A stretch of 64,000 nucleotides of DNA from Tubulanus polymorphus (lineage: Eukaryota; Animalia; Nemertea): positions 19,847,910-19,911,909 of the forward strand of contig NC_134031.1 in the NCBI RefSeq assembly GCF_964204645.1, written 5' to 3'. The translations under genes and the position numbers were made by a program. Below, piece by piece: positions 51,401-64,000 of the stretch (within the stretch, counting starts at the first letter, position 1; each line of letters begins with the position of its first letter). The notes beneath the pieces were generated by a model, which was not told the origin of the DNA, made no database searches, and saw nothing but the letters and a program-made list of their open reading frames with translations.

Positions 51401-54400
51401 TTCGAGAGTATAAATGGTCTAACCAGGTCTTATCAAAGCCAAGTGGCCCAGCCATGACTAAACTTTAGAAAGACTAGTCTTATTGGTAGATTGGCTATGG
51501 AAATGAATATGGTTTTGTACATAGGGTGTTAAGACTAGGGGCTAACTGGGCGTAGTGATACGTACCTCTACGTGAACTAATGACTGAATCAGTTTCTGTA
51601 CATGTGTCACACGGTTCTGTATTGAGATCTCGAGTTACTGGATTCGCGCTGGAAGACAATGATCTATACTTATCAATTATAAAATCTCTTACACAAATTA
51701 AGTAAGTCACTAGATACAGCGGCCATTTCGCCAGAAGTTCATGAGGCGTGATTTTCAGACGTCATACGTTAGATTTTCATTGAGTTAACGAAATCCAGCG
51801 CACACTGGCGACACCTGGTGGATTCCGGTAGAGTAATTGCAGCAGTAGCGTTAACCTATCAATGATAAGAGGGCTGGATGGTGGTAGGTGTGCAGATTAG
51901 GCGATGATTGTAAAACTTACTGAAATGAAGGCGGTCGACTATCACCAATACCACCAACACGCTCGGTAGGGATCTGTATATCTCCTACTGCTGTATCTGT
52001 ACATTGTGATTGTGTATCCGATGCACTGTTTTCAGCCGGTACCAACTACAAAACATAATCAATTGAACATTCATTTATTACAGTAAAATATAAGGAGGCA
52101 GAGGATGAGGTGGGAGGAGGGGGATGAGGAGGGAGGAGGGGATGAAGAGGGAGGATACCCTCAATATCATTGAAGGGGTATATTTCATGAAAGGTATGCA
52201 GCATTAGGAGGGTGTCTCGTTTTTTAAGAGTATCAGAGTCTATAATAGAATTAACTCATAATACAATAATAAGTCTACACCTTTAAACCTAACTCAAGTC
52301 ACATTAGATCTGACCGGACAATTCAGAATCCACAACAAATCAGCGATTGTTTCAGTCACCGGTGATACTTATGGTCGTTCAGAATGAACAGTTGTAAGCG
52401 CAATCTAGGAACAGACACATATCATCGGGTCATAAGGGATCAGCAACAAGACGCCAATTTTTAAGTTGGGGAATTTTTGCGACACGAGATCCAACAAACG
52501 AGTGTTGGCTGAATCGGCAACTCGACCTTACGATCGATCGGATCAGATCTCAGCGCAACCTGAGTTAAACATTATATCAGTCCAATCGCGAATCAGAGAC
52601 TCAATGATGAGACGTATATGTCGTGTAAGATTGAATCACCGATAATCCAATCATATCTTATGAGACCCACGTTAGGCTTTAGATCGTGTTTATTTTCTCA
52701 TACGAGATGTTTCAATTTAAAACCGATGCCATCTCGACGTGAAGTTTGTAAGTACGGCGAGCACTGACAACAGTATGAAGGTTAAGATGAGAACGGATTT
52801 GCAGTATTTTCACCCCGAGTGCGTTCACAGTTTCACCTCATACTGTAAATCCCTGAAGATTACTGAAGTAGCTCAATCCTTCAATGATACGCGCTCAGTA
52901 AGCTGTGGTGGGTGGCAAACATATGCGTAATCCATTCACCTCTCAGGAACTGTGAGGGTGGAGGAAGGCCGACCGACCGGGGCTACCAGTACTTCCAATA
53001 TTCATCCGTTTAAAAACCATATAGCTGTCAGAATGATTATTTCTAAATATTTCCTTCGTAAAAATGAGTTTGGGAAAATTTAGATTGGGTTTTGTAGTGT
53101 ACTCCCTCTATATCAACCGGGCAGATCCAAAAATTGATGACAAACAGCGGCGAAAGCAGGGTACCTAACATGCCTCACGTGAGGCACTTCAAGAATCTGC
53201 GATATAAAATAAAGGTAAAATTGAATCACATTATTTTCTGCAAATGGACATAATATAGCATCTGTTAGGTCCCTGAAACTTTTGGGCCCTGACGAAATCC
53301 ACATAGACTCAAATCCAGCAGTTTACAGAGCAGTAATACAGAGTGGGGGGATGGATTATTAGAATATTACAGTAGTGTAATAGTTGAGAGCTGATGGTTT
53401 ACAGCAGTATCTGCACCTGACTGTGAGATGTGTAACTCACTCACAGGTTCACACACTGCCCAGCAGGTGATCTCCCACCCGCCTGCCAGTGCCTGCTCTA
53501 CCTCTATACAATCTCAGTGTACTATTACCCGCACCATACACTGCCAATATTAGACAGAGATTCGTACCATTTGCAGTCTTTGATTTTCGATACTTTTTTC
53601 ACGGCCAATTGTCTAGCTACTCACTGAATGAGATATGAGTTAAAACAGATACTCAGCCTACTGTACTAGCACCACAAGAAAAAAATCTTTATAATTCCGA
53701 AAATTTATATAGCTTTTTCATAGCTTCAATCAGAAAATGTAAAATTTCATAGAATATATCCAAGCCTCTTGAAAAGAAATTATCATTATTTTCCATAACA
53801 TTTTCAGGATTTTCAGGACTAGTAAAAACCCTACCATTGTTTCAACAAAATGCCAACATTGCCAACATTAAATAAACAACTTTCTGTAGGGCTAATTTAC
53901 CCATTCACAGAATATTAAAGTCAACAAATACATTCCCATACCTACATTTCATGAATGGACGAAAAATCTGTTGATATGAACTCAAAATCCTTTTTGCATT
54001 AGTACAAAACGTTTCTGACATAATGATTGACAGCTACCCGGCCACAACATTCTCTGGTACAACTTGTATAGGGTGCCACATGATTTATACTAACTGGCAT
54101 TGAAGGCATTTCAGTGCATAGTACTGTCTTATTTATCTTAAGAAAAGGAGTTGAATAATATCTATTTATCTGCGCTTTTTTACTATTTCGCGAATGCACT
54201 AAATTCCATATAGGCTAAAATAATGTACGCCAGACTATGTAGGCACTGATGACACATTTATCCTGAGAAAATTGTGGTCAAACACCATGATAGAATTTTC
54301 TCAGCAATTTCACTGAGCTTGTTAACAAATTACTTTTCTGTATGGTGATACAGAAGCGGAAATAAATATTGCACCCCTAATTCAATCACAAAAGGCCCGT

Positions 54401-55763
54401 CTTGAATCACCCGCAAAACCATTACATTGAACAGTCTATGTTTGGTATCGAATGGCTAACTATCCACTGAGCCATGAAGGCAAACCGAGTCAACCGACAA
54501 AATGTAAACAAACTATAAAGTTCACAAGTGCAACTGTACCACTGACTGTGAGAGTTTCTTAGATGAAAGGGTTTCATTTCAATGAAAAACACTGAAAAGT
54601 TTCACGGGTGTAGATTCTCTGAGAATAGTTCTAATCATTTATTCTCACTCACTGGTCATAGGTCTATCAGAGACCAAAGGTTCATAGGCTATGTCAATGT
54701 CAAACACAAGACTATATAGATTTAGCCAGACCTGAGCCCAGTTGCACAATCATGATTGAAGTCCAAAAGTAGTCTCAAATCTTATGACTGGTCTAACGTT
54801 TTTAGATTAGCTGTAGAACTGGTCTTAGACTGGTTTTGATTCTGAGCGATGACAGTGTTACCTGGGTTAGACTTATCTGAGATGGGATAAACCAAAAATA
54901 CTAAATATTTAGTATAATACGGCTTTTGGCTAGACCCAGCTATGAGATAGGCCTAGCTGCAGTAGGATAGGCCTAGCTGTAGATAGTATGGATAGACATG
55001 TAGAAATGTTTTTTAAATTGTTTTTACACTTACCCAAGACACAACTCTTCCATTGAAACATGGTAGTTTAGTATCATCATCTATTATTTCCTCTTTAACC
55101 ACCCTGAAATTATACAAACACCAATTAGATTCACAGCGAAAGCCTCGAATAAATAAGTCCACGTTCTTCAGCTTGTCACTATAGCTGTATTGAATGTCAG
55201 TAGGACCAGCCTCTACTGGATGACCTCTGACTGTCAGGACCACAGCCACGCGCGCGCCTCTAGTCATCCTCAGCAGTAAGCGCACCAAACTGTTGTGGGG
55301 TCACGTTTTTGTTTGTCAGTCAAAGATGAGAGAGGAACCCTTGCGAAAATCTTGGTCCCGTTAGTGCCGACCAACAAACTCAACTTCTACCTGACCTGCG
55401 ACTACCCAACGCAGCACGTCTCCGAGTGTGGGCGGCACGAACCGCGGGCACAGATCAGGATCAGGGTCAGGACAGACGAGAGAACCTACCGTCTCTGGAC
55501 CTCACATATACTCAAACAAAGTTTGGTGCCCACTAGTTTATCTACAACTTCCCCTAAACAATGATTAATCAGTTTCTGTCAGATTCAGCTATTATCACTT
55601 ACCCGAAATCATCATCCATCGATTTGAAGAAAAATTTATAATTCGGTCGATTGAGAGCATTCTTAAAATCGCCCAACGTAACCCGGTCCGCGGGAATAGG
55701 CAGTTTAATCAGGTACGGAGTGTCCTCGTCATCTATGTGGTAGATGATTTTCGTCTCCTCCAT
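32479..55763 (-). CDS. DVL: Dishevelled (DIX-PDZ-DEP), ~15 coding exons
   Basis: Approximate exons: 55603-55763 ([21 protein letters not shown]), 55034-55103, 51921-52045 ([12 protein letters not shown]), 51566-51648, 51265-51315, 45714-45849, 45159-45252, 45005-45074, 44609-44696 ([29 protein letters not shown]), 44394-44523, 42204-42456, 39470-39605, 38561-38728 (DEP), 36212-36428 and 32479-32754 ([15 protein letters not shown]). The junctions checked are GT-AG and in phase. Confidence 0.97.
34481..34527. repeat. (ATCA)n microsatellite
   Basis: Directly visible. Confidence 0.9.
35435..35999. repeat. 27-28-bp minisatellite (ATCAGACCCTACWGATCTTACCCTTCC), ~20 copies, in the last Dvl intron
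   Basis: Directly visible tandem units with variants. Confidence 0.92.
36976..37047. repeat. (GA)n microsatellite
   Basis: Directly visible. Confidence 0.95.
39275..39363. ncRNA. Inverted pair of degenerate minimal type-I hammerhead ribozyme motifs (Penelope-like element remnant)
   Basis: Minus strand reads TATTC-CTGAAGA-T-GACTA-loop-TAGTC-GAAAC. Plus strand reads TATTC-CTAAATA-T-GACTA-loop-TAGTC-GAAA-CG-TC-GAAT. Confidence 0.55.
44810..44952. mobile_element. PIF/Harbinger-like MITE (GGGCCAGTTGCACAGTC TIR family)
   Basis: TIRs GGGCCAGTTGCACAGTCGTGACTTA / TAAGCCATGACTATGCAACCGGCCC with CTG and CAG flanks. Diverged copies lie at ~27997-28127, 42537-42830 and 54732-54865. Confidence 0.7.
45381..45661. 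mobile_element. piggyBac-like MITE
   Basis: CCCTTTCAGTGC...GCACTGAAAGGG termini with TTTA and TTAA flanks, plus internal TACACYGCASTGCGGTGTA palindromes. Confidence 0.6.
50673..50880. repeat. ~100-bp-arm near-perfect palindrome with hammerhead-ribozyme-like cores at its centre
   Basis: TGAGGAGAGAATCCCACAAT...TAGTCATCTTCA [GGAATAA loop] TGAAGATGACTA...ATTGTGGGATTCTCTCCTCA. Confidence 0.88.
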
Positions 55764-58700
55764 GACGGAGGGTGAAGATACGGACCCGAAATGATCAGAT
55801 TTATAGATAATACAGGCCTCACTTGTCACAAAATGGCGACCGACTATTTTTGCTCTGTCGGATATTGGGAATAATGAAGAGAAACGACGGTCAGTTCGAA
55901 AACGAGCATCCGCCGGTACATAATTCACTTGAATTCTTTAAATTCACTCAATTCTAGGAGAAATAGCTACAATTCACTATATATCCTCGTAAATATTAAT
56001 TTTTACAATTTTAGCGATAATATCCGTGAAATGCTACTTTTCAGAATTCGAGAATTAATCCCTGACGCTTCTCATAAGTCGGGCTGTTTAAACAGTGTTC
56101 ATGCCCCACCAACTGAGCCATCCATTTAATTAAAGAAACTTTTAGAAAATTGGCTTACGAAAATTGCCAATAGTTCAAAATGTTTCTATTTCGAATTTAT
56201 TATCTTGGAAAATATGCAAAGTTAGTTTTAAAAATGACTTCGGGTGTTTCAAGTTTCTTTTTGACCGCATACAAGGGAAAGCGCTTCGTCTCAAGAACAG
56301 CCACACTTGCCAGTGCATGCTTTACTTCCCTCCCAGTCTTAGACTGGTTGCCTGCCAAATTCTGCAGAGAGCGCAACCAGTCTATGCGCATTCAGCGAGG
56401 AGTGCTCCTACAATGTCACAACTCTATGCCTTTAAAGATCAAGCTGCTTCGTTTCAAGAAAAGCCTGGTGGGGCTGACATTGATCGGGCCATTAAACTGC
56501 CAGTGAGCCTTAAAACAAAGCATCAGCATTGACGATTAAGCGAGAAAAAAATAGTTCTGTCACATCTTGACCGTGTAGTGCTGCCCCAATGTATAACGAT
56601 AGCGGGACAAACATGAACTAACATAATACTCACTTGCCAGACTCTTGACCGGCTATAGTGGACAAACTATTTACCGTCTTGCGGGCCGGAAAATTCCCCG
56701 ATCCCTAAAACTACTCTACTGGTATTTTGGATTTCTTATTTAGTGAGTGAGAGGGCGACGAATATTTGTATTCTCATAGATTTTTCTCACCAAGATGGAA
56801 GGAAAAGTTTTTCACTCAAAAAATGTTAGTGCAGCGTTTCCATGTGATAAGTCCGCTCTGTAATGCTCTGTATATTGAATATAAACTGCTACATAAGATC
56901 CATATTGAACTAGAAATAGAAGTGACCTGTACTAATAGTTTATTAGTCCAAAAGAATGTATAACCATATTAGCCCTTCAAAAATGATATACGTTATTCAG
57001 AAACACGATGAAAGGATAAAACATTGGCATCTTTCAAAATATCCTAGTGGTATATCAAAAAAATCAGGATCACTGAAATTTAATTTTCAATACAGGTTTC
57101 TTGACAGACATCAAACTCAATTTTTCTTCCATTTCCAAATCATATTCTACGCGATTGTGAATTGTTCGTTAAATGCTGATCATTTTCTCGAGTAGAGAAA
57201 AAAAGATTGTCTTTGTTATTATTTCTTCGAAATTCAAAAGATTTTCCCTCGCTATGAAAGAAAAAATTTCAAATTTCGAGTTGACGGTATTTTCTAAGAG
57301 CGAAGCGAGATTGGTGCCAATGATATATTTCAACAAGTGAATTAAAAGAGCAATACTGAAGCCATATAAACTCTAAAACTACGAAGAAAATTAAAATTAG
57401 GCAATACAAAAGCCATGATTTCTTTTCCAATACAAATTATGAATTTGTGCTACAAATATTTCTACAAACTAATCTATAAAATACAATACGAGTATATGCA
57501 GATATTTGATCATTTTGCTCAGTGGTATGTCAACATCAATTGATTGATTATTAATGTTCGATTCAAACTTTATTCTTAAATGATGTAGCTATATGAATTT
57601 AATCAGGACCCTAAAGTAACCTGGACATAGTTCCACAGTTGTAAGTTGTTTCAAACTTAGAATCAAATTTCAAAACAGAAATGTAGAGCAGGCTCTAGAG
57701 TTGTAGAAATAATATTCAAGTAGCTATAAGTACAAAGCAGTTCACAGAAAACAGTAACCCTTCACTCACTTCAATGGCCACTTCAGGTGGAAGTTTACTG
57801 AATCTTCAAATCAAATGAGATTCTACTTTGCAATAATCGAATGAGAAGAGATAAAATGCTACAACTACAGAAAATACTAAACTAACAATATACATGATTG
57901 AATATATGGGTAAATAATATGTAAAATATTGTAATGAGAGTAACATAATATGCTGATCATAGGATCCGTGTTAAACTGACCTCATTATAATATAAATCTC
58001 TTTTTAATACGAGGGCTTTGTTACCGCACTGCAGCTTACAATGTCAAATATACAGTGTAAAAACAGTGTAACCAGTACAATGTACATTATAAGTGTAGCA
58101 CCAATTTATAAAAACATCTCATATAAGAGTCTGGGCTTCGTTTATCACCATAAAAACATGGAAATTCCAAAAGAGCGCAGTCCCTTATAGATTGAGTATA
58201 TTGAAGACAACTGGATCAAAAAGACAGTTATTCCTAATTAAAATCAACCAGAAGACAAGAATTCTTTTTTTCCACAGCCAGATTGACTCTTAAGACGTCC
58301 TGTAGGCCGTCGAAGTTTCGAAATATACTTTTCAGCTCAGAATATAAGACAAAACACCCGTTTTAAAAATATTGCATACTGACCAAACAAAGCTTCTTAA
58401 AAATGCGTAATTCTATGTACAAATACAAAATACTGGCAGCTGACCTAAAAATAGGACTGACTGATGGTAAAAAATCTTCATGAAAACCACTCTGATCAAA
58501 AATACATCTTAAAACAAAGACTTCCGTTTGACTCAGAAGTTAAATTTTACATTGATAATCAATAATTTGACTTCAAAGTCAAATACAATTCATAGTTTTA
58601 AATGTGACGATGTTGTCAAGTTCAAAATCTTGCAAAAAATAAATATTTACAGCGCAAGAAGTCAAATATTTAAGGCCAAGAGTCCAAAAATTACTGGAGA

Positions 58701-58978
58701 AATATAACATCAACTCAACTCACCTCTAAACATGCAATATCGTTAATGTTATATGTCATCAGTTGAGGAGCACAGAAAATCTTGGATAAAATACAGAATT
58801 GTCAGAAGCCGCCGTTTTGAATTTGTGAAATCGACCGATTTTTTTCTTGTAATTCCCTCTATTGTGACTGTACAACAAGATTGTGCAACTTGTCCAGCAA
58901 CCGTACAAACATTTATATTTTTCAAAGATTATTCTATACAAACTCTAGTTATATATCTCTCTATATGTGTATATGTGT

Positions 58979-61900
58979 CTACGGTACTTCTATATTGGTA
59001 GTTTTGAAGCAACCATCGGGTAATGAATTTTTAATGGCTTCCACGTTCGCGACGTCCTTGCGTAACTGTTCCAGATCGTCGAGATACCGATCGATCCAAT
59101 GTTGTTGTTCGTTTTGTCCGGCGACTAATTGATCGTATCTCTGTCCGAATTCGGTCTTACGTAATGCATTCTCTGCATCGGCGAGTTTCTTCTCCAAGTT
59201 TTCCAATCTTTCCGTGTCGACCATTTCGAGTTGTTCTACATAAACAAAATGATGAAGTGAACATATTTGTTGGAAAGATTTTGGCAAAGTTCACCATGAA
59301 TACTGATGTAACTGATGATTAACCCTTAAACTGCCGGCAGTTTTATTGTTAAGTCCTGTGTGCCAGATGATTTGCGTGTTGATGAAATTGTCTCATCATA
59401 GAAATGTGAACTGAAGGGAAGGCAAACTCCTCAAAAATCTACTAGGCAGCACTAGTAACCTTGTGTTTTGTTCAGCACCCTAATCAGTTGCGATAAACAA
59501 AACACAAGATTTCAAGTAGTGCCTAGTGAATTTTTGAGGAATCAGCCTTCTCTTCAGTTTACATTTCTATGGTTTCATCAAAAATTTCTTACCTAAATCA
59601 TCTAAAATTTTGTTCACTGTATTCAACGCTTTCTTCACTTTCTTCGAAGAATCGGTAGCACTGTTTTTAGCTTCATCCGCTTTTAGCAATGCCTGAATAA
59701 ATAATTCCTTATATGAGGAAATGTACGATGAGGGTGGGTGATAACTACCGACCGGCAAGTCGGATCAATCATCGCTAACCTGTCTGATAATCTTTTCATC
59801 ATCGTCCGCTTGAATCTCCATTTCTCCGAGACGCTGGCGAGCTTTGTCGACATCCGTAGACAACTTGGTCGCTTTGTCCTTCTGTTTTTGAGCGCGTTCT
59901 TTCGCATCTCCGGCGTTCGTTTGGATTTTTCCCGCTTCCTAAAAAGCGAAACATTTTCACGATACAAAAGTCGAGGAAAAAAGAACGTTTCACGAAGTTT
60001 TGAATAATGTCTTATCATTATCATTGTTATTACTAATTAATTTACCTGTGAAGCCATCTCTGCTAATTTCTGCGCTTCTTTCGCGATATCTCTGGCTTCA
60101 TTAGCGTCGGATTCAGCGCCTTTCAGAGCGTCTTGCGCTTCCACAGTTTTCTGCTCGGCTAGCGCGATCTGTCTCTCAATCGCCGGTATTTCTTTCAACG
60201 CTTCCTCAGCTTTAGCTTTGCTCTGTTGAACTTTTTGATCAAATTCTACACAAACAAACACATATTTACATTCATTCATAGTCTAATAAAATACTTAGAT
60301 CTATGCCGTCTGTAGATAAATAAAATAGGCGCCACAATAAAATTTCAAAGTGCTGCTTGTTTTTTATCCTTCTCGACCCTATCTCCCTTTGCATATATTT
60401 CGCTTAAATTAACACAGGCAAAGATTCCTCCACATTGCAGCCGAGCTTCGACAAATCGAAAGTCTTTTTCATGACATTCTTTGCCAATGATCTTAAGCCC
60501 ACTAAGATGAAAAGAGGTTCCACAATGGAATTTTATGCGATCAATATTTATTACAATCAACTTTCAAAATTTTACCACTTGAAAGTTTTATTGTGGAACT
60601 TTCTGTCAGGCATATGTATCAAATTGTAATATATTCATTTCTGCAGTCAAAAATTTGTTTGAGGCCCTCCTCTTTGAGTAATTCTAGCCTATCTACTGGT
60701 TCCTGGTACATCCATTCATCTATAAATCATGAAAAATTCTCATAATTATTGCTTGCTGTAAACGAACCTCGTAGCGTTTTAAGCGTTTGATTCGCGTCTT
60801 TCAAAGTTTTTTCACCGAGATCGACGGCATCTCGAGCCGTAGCACGAGCGATATCCGCATCTGCCAGTAATTCATCAGCGATCTATAACGAAATATACAT
60901 CACTCAAAACGATGACGAGTTTGCAGCGCTGCATGAGAAATCGAATCACCCGAGAATATCCGACCCCCTGATTCATTCGGACATCAGAATTACCTGTTGT
61001 TGAAGACGACCTTTATCTAAAAGATCTCGAGCATCTACCATCTGAGTAGAAACGTCCTTCAGCAAATCTTCATTCTGTTCCATCAGTTTATCGGATGCCG
61101 TTTGGATTTGTTTTGCCTGGAAATGAGTTAAACAACGTGCCGATAAAGTGTTCAAGTTTACTTCTAATACTTTTGCCGATTATTATCTAAAATACCTCTT
61201 CCTCAATAGCCTTCGACTCCTCGATGAGATTTTCAGGGTCGACCTCGGGTAAAGTGAGTGAATTGGCTTTAGTATACGTGTCGACTGTATCTTTTAAAGT
61301 ATCCGATGCTTTCTTCTTCGCCTGTTCAGCCGTTTGTAGAGTGTGATTATAAAGAGACTCCGCTCCAGTGACGCTATAATACAAATATCAACTAATACAG
61401 TACAAATCAGAGAAGTCGTCACATTACTCTCATGTTGTCACTATTTTTGATTGTGTATCTGCAGTTCATTTCACTTAATGTTGGTCATCAAGTGGATAAG
61501 TCATCAACGATTGGCCTAGGTATGACAACTTACAGCAAGTTACACTTAAGTACCAATGTATGGGTGTCACTGACGACTGTGGATATTGGCCACTTAATAT
61601 GTTCCATAAATACTTAAGAAATACAATACATAAACACGGCTTGTTGAAATAGCCGTCGTCTTCATGGCGCTACTTACTTTTTCCTTAGTTCTTCTAGTTT
61701 ATCAGCACTAGTCATCGGACTCTGCATGGCTTCACGCGCTATTCTATAAGCCTCATTCGACGTATTTACCGCTTCTTTCGCGACATTCTCGATGCTTTCC
61801 GAATCGGATTTTTGTCTGAAAAATAATCAAACATCCAATGATCATTCATCAAGTGTATCGAAATAAATGAACTTATCTTGCTCTTCCAATATCAGTTTCT

Positions 61901-63897
61901 CAGGTCCAGTCACTCGAATTTTTCAAAACCCAATAAATCTTAGTGCCTTTAAAGTATATTATCTCTTACAGTAATATTATAACTCACAATTTAGCACATC
62001 TTTTTTTCTCTAGGCAAATTTCCATGCTCCAAAGAATACTCGCAAATGTGAGTGTAAGAGTATCTGTATGAATGAATGAATAAGATAATTTTGTACTCAC
62101 TGTTCAGATGTCTCGCGAGCTATTTTAGCGATCTCTGTCATTCTTATCGACTGTTGACCGAGTTTTTTTTGGGCCTCTTTCGCTTTACGTAGAGCATCTT
62201 TTCCATCTTTTTCGATGTAGTTTTCCGCGTCTTCTAATATTTTTTCCGTACGATCTAGAGTCAATTTCGCGTTCATGATATCGTCCATACTGACTTTAGC
62301 GTTACCTCCCGTTTCTCCGGACTTCTTCGTGATGGAATTCGTTTTTTCTTGTATCTCTTTCACGGCCTTTTTCACCTCCTCGAGTTGTTCAGCCATCGGA
62401 CCATCGATACCTTAAAAATAACATTGAACAATTAACAAAATAAACACTCATTCGTTTACTAAGTAAATCAGTAGTTTGAATCGCAAAAGATCGAAAGTTT
62501 AATTCGATCATATCATTACCTATAGCCTTTCTAGCGTCTTCTAAGAGTTGATCGACGAGGAGCGCGACTTGATCGAGTCGATACTTGAAATCAGTATCGT
62601 TCACAGCCGTCGGATTCGAGCCTATATTCGCTATGAGATCTCGAAGTTCGTACAGTTTTACGCGATGGCGATCGACGCGATCTTTAATCAATGTGTAACA
62701 TGCAGGACATCCTACAAATCAATAACAATACATAAACTGTACAAACAGCTCATCCCTCAAACCACTCAGCACCTAGGATATTATTAGCAAGTTTGAGGTT
62801 TCTATTTCCACTCAACTAACTGAGCACTATTCAGAACATTATTAGAGGGTTTGAGGTTTCTTCCTCCATTATGGGGAAAAGGCCAGAGTAGTCCTTAGAG
62901 CTAAGAACTCTGCAACCACCAGGATTTGAACCCTTAAACCCTGGGTTGATGTAAGACCAGTGACAGTTGGTGTCTAATACAATGAACCATGCCTAACTTT
63001 CAGAATCGGTCCGCGAAATCCAAGTTAAGGATAGAAAAATATGTTAGAAAGGGACAACAATATAGTTTTTGTCCAAATTCTGAGTTGACCATGTTTGAGT
63101 AATGTAAGGTAAACACGACAACTCGTGAATGAACAGTAGTTTATTGTTTACCTATACAACCAGCAGTGATGTTGAATTTGTTTTCTTCGCAGACGTCACA
63201 CGACCGTCCAACGACAGACGGTTTACACGGACACTGACCGCTTTCATCGCATTGTAAGTCAACTGATCCTTCAGAATCACAATTACACGCTGAAATATAC
63301 AGTATATACACGTGAATGTATTAGAATGAGAAATGTTAAGTAAGATGCCGAGTAAAATTATGGCACCTTTTTTATCAGACATACTGACATTCAATGTATA
63401 TTCACTCACCGAAACATCCTTCAGAACCGAAACCGTAATAAGTCGATAAACAAGTGTCACACGTACGACCGTCTACTCCTGGTTTACACGGACATTGACC
63501 GGTAATCTCGTGACAGCTAGCATTATACGAACCAACTGGATCGCAGTTACATGGCTGACCACCTAAAACAAAGTTTAATTAAGAATTGAACATACCCGGT
63601 GCCAAACCGTTTAATGCTTAACGAACATATGGTAGAATTTTTCTGTCAATTATAAAATGAACTGGTAGTCAGTGGACTTAGCTAAAACAGTTATAACACG
63701 ACACGATTTACTGAATAGATAAGAAATACTGATTTGTCTTACCCTTTCTGGAGTCAATGTCGAAGAATCCTTCGGCTGGTTTATCACATTTTCTGTTAAC
63801 TACATTAGGTCGACACGGACATTGACCGGTTTTACGGTCGCACTGTATGACAGCCTCACCTACTGTACCGTGACTTCCGGGACCGTAACAATTACAA
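58979..63897 (-). CDS. LAMC1: Laminin subunit gamma (gamma-1/LanB2-like), 3' portion of ~13 exons; the 5' part lies beyond the window
   Basis: Laminin-EGF exons (CNCYGPGS...CDRKTGQCPCRPNV, CDPVGSYNASCHEITGQCPCKPGVDGRTCD), long coiled-coil exons, and the C-terminus SLPDGCFKTTNIEVP* typical of gamma chains. Confidence 0.93.
59399..59550. mobile_element. ~150-bp fold-back element in a laminin intron
   Basis: ATAGAAATGTGAACTGAAGGGAAGG...CCTTCTCTTCAGTTTACATTTCTAT, with the inner arms also complementary. Confidence 0.7.
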
Positions 63898-64000
63898 GCT
63901 ACAAATAGATTCAATTCATTAGAAATAGTTAATATCGATTTTAAGGTCTTTTGCCCAAAAAAATGTTATCCTGTATTTTGTGAAAATTGTTTACACAAGC

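Noticed and set aside
55764-55928. N-terminal extension of Dvl suggested by the ORF track
   Set aside because: It begins at GTG. The conserved MEETKIIYH start is at 55763, so this is most likely 5' UTR.

Overview
This is AT-rich, gene-dense eukaryotic DNA from an invertebrate animal. The GT-AG introns, Dishevelled, laminin gamma and NFxxY-type GPCRs suggest a lophotrochozoan, but the species cannot be fixed from sequence alone. Gene order: a three-exon gene for a 121-aa secreted six-Cys protein that the ORF track misses (+); an intronless arylamine N-acetyltransferase (+); SPAG7 (-); a zyxin/LPP-family LIM gene (+); POLE3 (-) head-to-head with ALG14 (+); three intronless rhodopsin-class GPCRs (+; one frameshifted, plus a duplicated fragment); a ~23-kb Dishevelled gene (-); and the 3' part of laminin gamma (-), which runs off the window. 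Non-coding features include a ~68-copy 33-bp telomere-like satellite ~55 nt after the Dvl stop codon, a 27-28-bp minisatellite, several MITE families, and palindromes carrying Penelope-type minimal hammerhead ribozyme motifs inside Dvl introns. The best leads are (1) candidate unannotated Dvl exons that could replace the autoinhibitory C-terminus, with the UAGGGU-rich satellite between the competing 3' ends; (2) the orphan Cys-rich secreted peptide; and (3) the back-to-back hammerhead hairpins. All exon structures were assembled by eye and no database search was run.
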